Shown here: positions 60,056 to 64,000 of the stretch, one piece after another | Numbering within the stretch: the stretch's first letter is position 1 | How the letters are laid out: every line of letters begins with the position of its first letter | DNA from: Candidatus Poribacteria bacterium | GTDB lineage: Bacteria > Poribacteria > WGA-4E > WGA-3G | Assembly (NCBI GenBank): GCA_965205025.1 | Contig: CBDBFU010000028.1 | Coordinates: 128,001 to 192,000 of the forward strand | Reading direction: 5' to 3' | DNA: 64,000 nucleotides | Translations under genes and position numbers: made by a program | Notes under the pieces: model-generated | The model's database searches: none | What the model was told of the DNA's origin: nothing | What the model saw: the letters and a program-made list of their open reading frames with translations, nothing else

Positions 60056-60196
60056 ATGTACCGTATGTATGAAGATTAAGAAAATATTTCGGTAATTCTA
60101 ATTTTACCAAACCTGGTAGGTGCGGTTTCCTAACCGCACTGGATCTTTCTTTAAAATTACCGAATTTAAAAATTAATCTACATATATACGGCACAT
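60056..60196. repeat. GTAG REP within two nested inverted-repeat layers
   Basis: ATGTACCGTATGTATGAAGATTAA / TTAATCTACATATATACGGCACAT; TTCGGTAATT / AATTACCGAA; core GTAGGTGCGGTT..AACCGCAC. Confidence 0.7.
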
Positions 60197-60280
60197 CTCC
60201 AATTTTTTTGGATTATTTGATTAATATCTGCATGTATGTGTTCTGGTATAGATAATAAGTTAATTTGGACAATTAAGTGT

Positions 60281-60979
60281 TTATGTAAATTGCTGTGGAT
60301 CTATACGAATACCAACACCCATTGTTGATGAAATTGCTACACTTCTAATATACCGACCTTTAGTTGAGGATGGACGTGCCTTCACAAGAACATCCATAAC
60401 TGTCGTCAGATTATCCTTAATTTGGCTTTCTTCAAAGGATGTCTTGCCAATAGGAACATGTACGATCCCTGATAAACGTTCAACACGATATTCAATTTGT
60501 CCTGCCTTAATATTTTGAAGTGTTTCTGTAATATCCATTGTAACCGTTCCGGCTTTTGGGTTCGGCATAAGTCCTCTTGGACCCAGAACTCTTCCTAATT
60601 TTGGCATAATACTACGCATGAGATCAGGGGTAGCAATTGTAGCATCAAATTCAAGCCACCCATCAGTGATCTTATCAACAAGTTCATCTGATCCAACAAA
60701 ATCTGCACCTGCTTCTTCAGCTTCTTTAGCTTTATCACCTTCAGCAAAAACAACAACTCGAACAGATTTTCCTGTACCGTGTGGTAATGCAACTGTTCCA
60801 CGTATATTTTGGTCAGCGTCCCTTGCATCTAAACCAAGTCTGGATGCCAAATCAATGGTTTCATCAAATTTCGCTGTACTTGTTTTTTTCAAGAGTGATA
60901 CAGCCTCGTCAACTGTATATAAACTAAGTCGATCAACATTCTCCTGAATATCGTTATATCGTTTTCCTCTTTTCGCCAT
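60281..60979 (-). CDS. rplA: 50S ribosomal protein L1
   Basis: [23 protein letters not shown]. Confidence 0.98.
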   Translation of the reverse strand: MAKRGKRYNDIQENVDRLSLYTVDEAVSLLKKTSTAKFDETIDLASRLGLDARDADQNIRGTVALPHGTGKSVRVVVFAEGDKAKEAEEAGADFVGSDELVDKITDGWLEFDATIATPDLMRSIMPKLGRVLGPRGLMPNPKAGTVTMDITETLQNIKAGQIEYRVERLSGIVHVPIGKTSFEESQIKDNLTTVMDVLVKARPSSTKGRYIRSVAISSTMGVGIRIDPQQFT

Positions 60980-60986
60980 TTTACAC

Positions 60987-61032
60987 TCCAAGTTCATTTA
61001 ACCTATTCATCCAAGTTCATTTAACCTATTCA
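60987..61032. repeat. 23-bp tandem duplication
   Basis: TCCAAGTTCATTTAACCTATTCA x2. Confidence 0.85.
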
Positions 61033-61089
61033 AATGAATAAAACCTATAATGTATTCATAGTCTATTATTTGATAGATTAACCAGTTAT

Positions 61090-61512
61090 TTAGTTTATAT
61101 TCAATCCCATGCTTCGTGCGGTACCTTCAACCATTCGGACAGCTGCTTCAATGTCATTTGTATTGAGATCAGGTAATTTCGTTTGAGCAATCTCTCGGAT
61201 CTGATCACTGGAAACCGTTGCGACTTTATTTCGGTTTGGTTCTCCCGAACCTTTAGCAATTTTTGCTGCCGATTTAAGCAATACTGCAGCAGGGGGCGAT
61301 TTCACTATAAAGGTAAAAGATCTATCGCTATAACATGTAATGATCGTGGTAACAACCATTCCAGTTTGCTGCTGTGTTTGTGCATTGAAGGTCTTAATAA
61401 ACTCCTGCAGGTTGATTGCATAAGGTGCTAAACTCGGACCGACGGGAGGCTGTGGTGTTGCCTGACCAGAAACCAATTGAAGTTTGACTACACCTGCTAC
61501 TTTTTTTGCCAT
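61090..61512 (-). CDS. rplK: 50S ribosomal protein L11
   Basis: [21 protein letters not shown]. Confidence 0.98.
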   Translation of the reverse strand: MAKKVAGVVKLQLVSGQATPQPPVGPSLAPYAINLQEFIKTFNAQTQQQTGMVVTTIITCYSDRSFTFIVKSPPAAVLLKSAAKIAKGSGEPNRNKVATVSSDQIREIAQTKLPDLNTNDIEAAVRMVEGTARSMGLNIN

Positions 61513-61543
61513 TATCTTACTACTCCGTTACTTCTAAATAAAA

Positions 61544-62116
61544 TTAAAGTCTTTCAACCCCTAAGAACCCTAATTCAAGAGGGGTTGAACGTCCAAAAAT
61601 TGAAATAGAAAGGCTGAGTCGCTGCCTTTGCATATCAATTCCGAGTATCTCAGCAGTAAAACTACTGAAAGGCCCTTCAATAACACGTACTTTATCACCG
61701 ACAGAGTAGGTAATCTCAGGCATAGGTGCTTCTTCTTGTACGGTGGAACTATGTAGCATGCGTTCTATATCTTCTGCCCCTAAGGGTGTTGGATTGGCAT
61801 TCCCTAAAAAATTCATTACCCCCGGCGTTTCTTGGATAAACGCCCAACTCCTTTGACCGATTCCATTATCAACGTGAGGACCAATTTCATGTAAACAGTT
61901 TACAAGAACATATCCAGGATAAGTTGGTGATGTCCTTTCCTTACGTTTTCCGTCCTCATTCTTCACAGTGGTAGACATAGGTACGTTAATCTGGAGAATC
62001 TCCTCGCGAAGTTCTTTATCGGAATCAGAATCCGATGCAAGTCGTCTTTCTAAATTAAACTGTATTTTCTTTTCATGTCCAGTATATACCTGAACAATAT
62101 ACCAGAATCCGCTCAT
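61544..62116 (-). CDS. nusG: Transcription termination/antitermination factor NusG
   Basis: WYIVQVYTGHE, YPGYVLV, TPGV, KOW GPF, IFGRSTP. Confidence 0.96.
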   Translation of the reverse strand: MSGFWYIVQVYTGHEKKIQFNLERRLASDSDSDKELREEILQINVPMSTTVKNEDGKRKERTSPTYPGYVLVNCLHEIGPHVDNGIGQRSWAFIQETPGVMNFLGNANPTPLGAEDIERMLHSSTVQEEAPMPEITYSVGDKVRVIEGPFSSFTAEILGIDMQRQRLSLSISIFGRSTPLELGFLGVERL

Positions 62117-62226
62117 AGATTACTCTCGCTGTGATATGACAAGCTTAAGTCGTTTTATAGAATTTCGTACTCCGAATCAGTAGTAATATTAATGGGATTG
62201 TTAGAAAATCTATACTTTTTAACCTT

Positions 62227-62342
62227 TTATAAGGAATAAATTCCTTAAGAAAGACATTCCCCATCCTGACATAGGTTCATTTAGTTATAAGGAATAAATT
62301 CCTTAAGAAAGACATTCCCCATCCTGACATAGGTTCATTTAG
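62227..62342. repeat. 58-bp tandem duplication of the secE 3' end
   Basis: TTATAAGGAATAAATTCC...GGTTCATTTAG at 62227-62284 and 62285-62342. Confidence 0.9.
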
Positions 62343-62657
62343 GTTAAGTGCATAGGTCGTAATGAGTACAACTACTAATGGAATACAAGCAACAACAGTA
62401 TAGTGTATACGGCGGTTCTCCAATCCTTTACCAAAGAAAAATACAGCAACAGGAATTATAACCAAGATAATATTAGCAGGCCATTCCCATTTTGGCTGAG
62501 CGGAACTACCATCCACTAACCAAAGAAAAAGTCCCAGTAAACCACTGGCAATTAAAACAACTACCGTACTACCGCGCACCTGTTCCCAATCAGGTTTAGA
62601 CACCTTCTGCCATTCTAATATAATATTCTGTATGTAAGCTTTGAAACGTGCAATCAT
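62277..62657 (-). CDS. secE: Preprotein translocase SecE, atypical three-TM form
   Basis: EWQKVSKP...STVVVL...VD motif; between tRNA-Trp and nusG. Confidence 0.85.
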   Translation of the reverse strand: MIARFKAYIQNIILEWQKVSKPDWEQVRGSTVVVLIASGLLGLFLWLVDGSSAQPKWEWPANIILVIIPVAVFFFGKGLENRRIHYTVVACIPLVVVLITTYALNLNEPMSGWGMSFLRNLFLITK

Positions 62658-62670
62658 AAGTATTTAAAGG

Positions 62671-62744
62671 CAGGCCAGGAGGGATTCGAACCCCCAACAT
62701 CCGGTTTTGGAGACCGGCGCTCTACCAGTTCGAGCTACTGGCCT
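62671..62744 (-). tRNA. tRNA-Trp(CCA)
   Basis: Cloverleaf; anticodon loop CTCCAAA; GTTCGAATC. Confidence 0.95.
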
Positions 62745-62756
62745 ACAGATTATATT

Positions 62757-62909
62757 CTACCGATTCTCCTTATGGAGTGTATGTTTACGACAGAAACGAC
62801 AATATTTCTTACGTTCATACCGATCCTGTTGTGTCCGTCTATTACGTGTGGTTACGTAATTTCTTTGTTTACATTCATCACATGCTAAGGTAACAATATC
62901 TCTGGGCAT
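62757..62909 (-). CDS. rpmG: 50S ribosomal protein L33 (Zn-binding form)
   Basis: [13 protein letters not shown]...[15 protein letters not shown]; GAGG RBS. Confidence 0.96.
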   Translation of the reverse strand: MPRDIVTLACDECKQRNYVTTRNRRTQQDRYERKKYCRFCRKHTLHKENR

Positions 62910-62930
62910 TTTTCGTACCTCGTATTTTAC

Positions 62931-63006
<76 letters not shown>

Positions 63007-63024
63007 AATTAATTATGCTTCACA

Positions 63025-63097
63025 AGCGGGAGACGGGATTCGAACCCGCGACGCATGGCTTGGAAGGCCAATGCTCTACCAGCTGAGCTACTCCCGC
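63025..63097 (-). tRNA. tRNA-Gly(TCC)
   Basis: GCGGGAG acceptor; anticodon loop CTTCCAA. Confidence 0.96.
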
Positions 63098-63108
63098 ACA
63101 ATCTGAGA

Positions 63109-63190
63109 TGGGGGCGGACGGATTCGAACCGCCGTAGGCGTAGCCAACAGATTTACAGTCTGCCCTTTTTGACCGCTCAAGCACACCCCC
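63109..63190 (-). tRNA. tRNA-Tyr(GTA)
   Basis: Anticodon loop CTGTAAA; long variable arm. Confidence 0.95.
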
Positions 63191-63196
63191 AATATA

Positions 63197-63268
63197 AGCT
63201 GACGAGAGGAATCGAACCTCCAACCTAGTGATTACAAATCACTTGCTCTACCATTGAGCCACGTCAGC
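63197..63268 (-). tRNA. tRNA-Thr(TGT)
   Basis: GCTGACG acceptor; anticodon loop TTTGTAA. Confidence 0.95.
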
Positions 63269-63402
63269 ATTCTACTGTTCTTGTCTTATTATGTCAGAAA
63301 AACTAAACACCTCAAAATAAACTGTATCGGGAATCATTGGTTAAATAAACGCAGATTAACTTGTGCCTTACAGATATACATAAGGCAAAAATATACCCTT
63401 AA

Positions 63403-63431
63403 AGTATACTTAATCTTTAAGGGTATGTCAA
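63403..63431 (-). promoter_or_regulatory. Sigma70 promoter of the tRNA cluster
   Basis: TTGACA-N17-TATACT. Confidence 0.75.
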
Positions 63432-63449
63432 GTAAATCTATGTCTATGT

Positions 63450-63827
63450 TTACCCTTCGTCCTCAATATCCGTTCCACTCTCTTCGTCAGTTTCTGATTT
63501 ACTTTCCTCTTCATCACTGACTTCTTGTGCATTTTCTCCATATAGTTCTTCAAAATGTTCTTCAGCATCAACAGCATCAAATCCAGAAGACTCTGATGCA
63601 AAGATGGAGGGAGTGTCGGATTCTATTGGCTCAGGATCAACTTTCTTGTATAACAACTCACCAGCTGCTAACTCTTCTGTGGCGATTGAAACAGGCATCT
63701 TTTTCTTTGATAAACCTGCTCCTAAAAGTTCATCATTTAGTGCACGAGCCCTTTTGGCAATAATATTAACAGCAAGATATTTATTACTAACCTGCTCATC
63801 TAATTCTTCAAGATAAACAATTGGCAT
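63450..63827 (-). CDS. rpoZ: RNA polymerase omega subunit with acidic tail
   Basis: NKYLAVNIIAKRARAL and PVSIATEEL omega motifs; AAGGAG RBS. Confidence 0.85.
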   Translation of the reverse strand: MPIVYLEELDEQVSNKYLAVNIIAKRARALNDELLGAGLSKKKMPVSIATEELAAGELLYKKVDPEPIESDTPSIFASESSGFDAVDAEEHFEELYGENAQEVSDEEESKSETDEESGTDIEDEG

Positions 63828-63880
63828 TGATCCTCTCCTTTATGCAAAGACTCCATTGTGTAAAGACTCGTTATACTCTA

Positions 63881-63909
63881 ATTATATTCTTTATCTACAT
63901 TGAAGTCAA
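63881..63909 (-). promoter_or_regulatory. Sigma70 promoter of rpoZ
   Basis: TTGACT-N17-TATAAT. Confidence 0.7.
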
Positions 63910-64000
63910 ATTTATTTTGACTTCTTAAGGGTTAAGATGGTAAAATTCTATATTATTAAATGACACTCAGGTATAAGGAATGACGAATGGATAAGACTGT

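Overview
AT-rich bacterial chromosomal segment, most likely Candidatus Poribacteria or a relative. This is an inference from the ECF-sigma/WD40 fusion, two PhyH dioxygenases, cohesin/vWA and Ig-repeat proteins ending in an NYPNPF sorting-like domain, and dense REP-like palindromes. Left part: tandem WD40 paralogues (the complete one is ECF-TM-WD40), a sugar ABC transporter without ATPase, two PcfJ-like paralogues, VapBC, TatT-DctP, a YgfZ/GcvT-like gene, a CBM9-POTRA-Omp85 fusion, xylose isomerase and an Adk-family kinase. Middle: GT39, GNAT, a TPR-DUF3857-transglutaminase lipoprotein, MazG, a candidate structured RNA, a secreted vWA protein, MetE-II, TauE, a degenerate AccA homologue, and a three-gene operon (3310-aa Ig-repeat surface protein, PorV-like barrel, LysM coiled-coil). 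Right: hemE-MBL/TPR-hemH-hemY, a Zn dehydrogenase, and rpoZ-tRNA(Thr,Tyr,Gly,Thr)-rpmG-tRNA(Trp)-secE-nusG-rplKAJL, without tuf or rpoB. Best leads: the T9SS-like three-gene operon, the ECF-WD40 paralogues that differ at the predicted ligand face, and intergenic elements in which REP-like cores and outer inverted-repeat brackets are mixed combinatorially. All calls are by eye; no searches were run.
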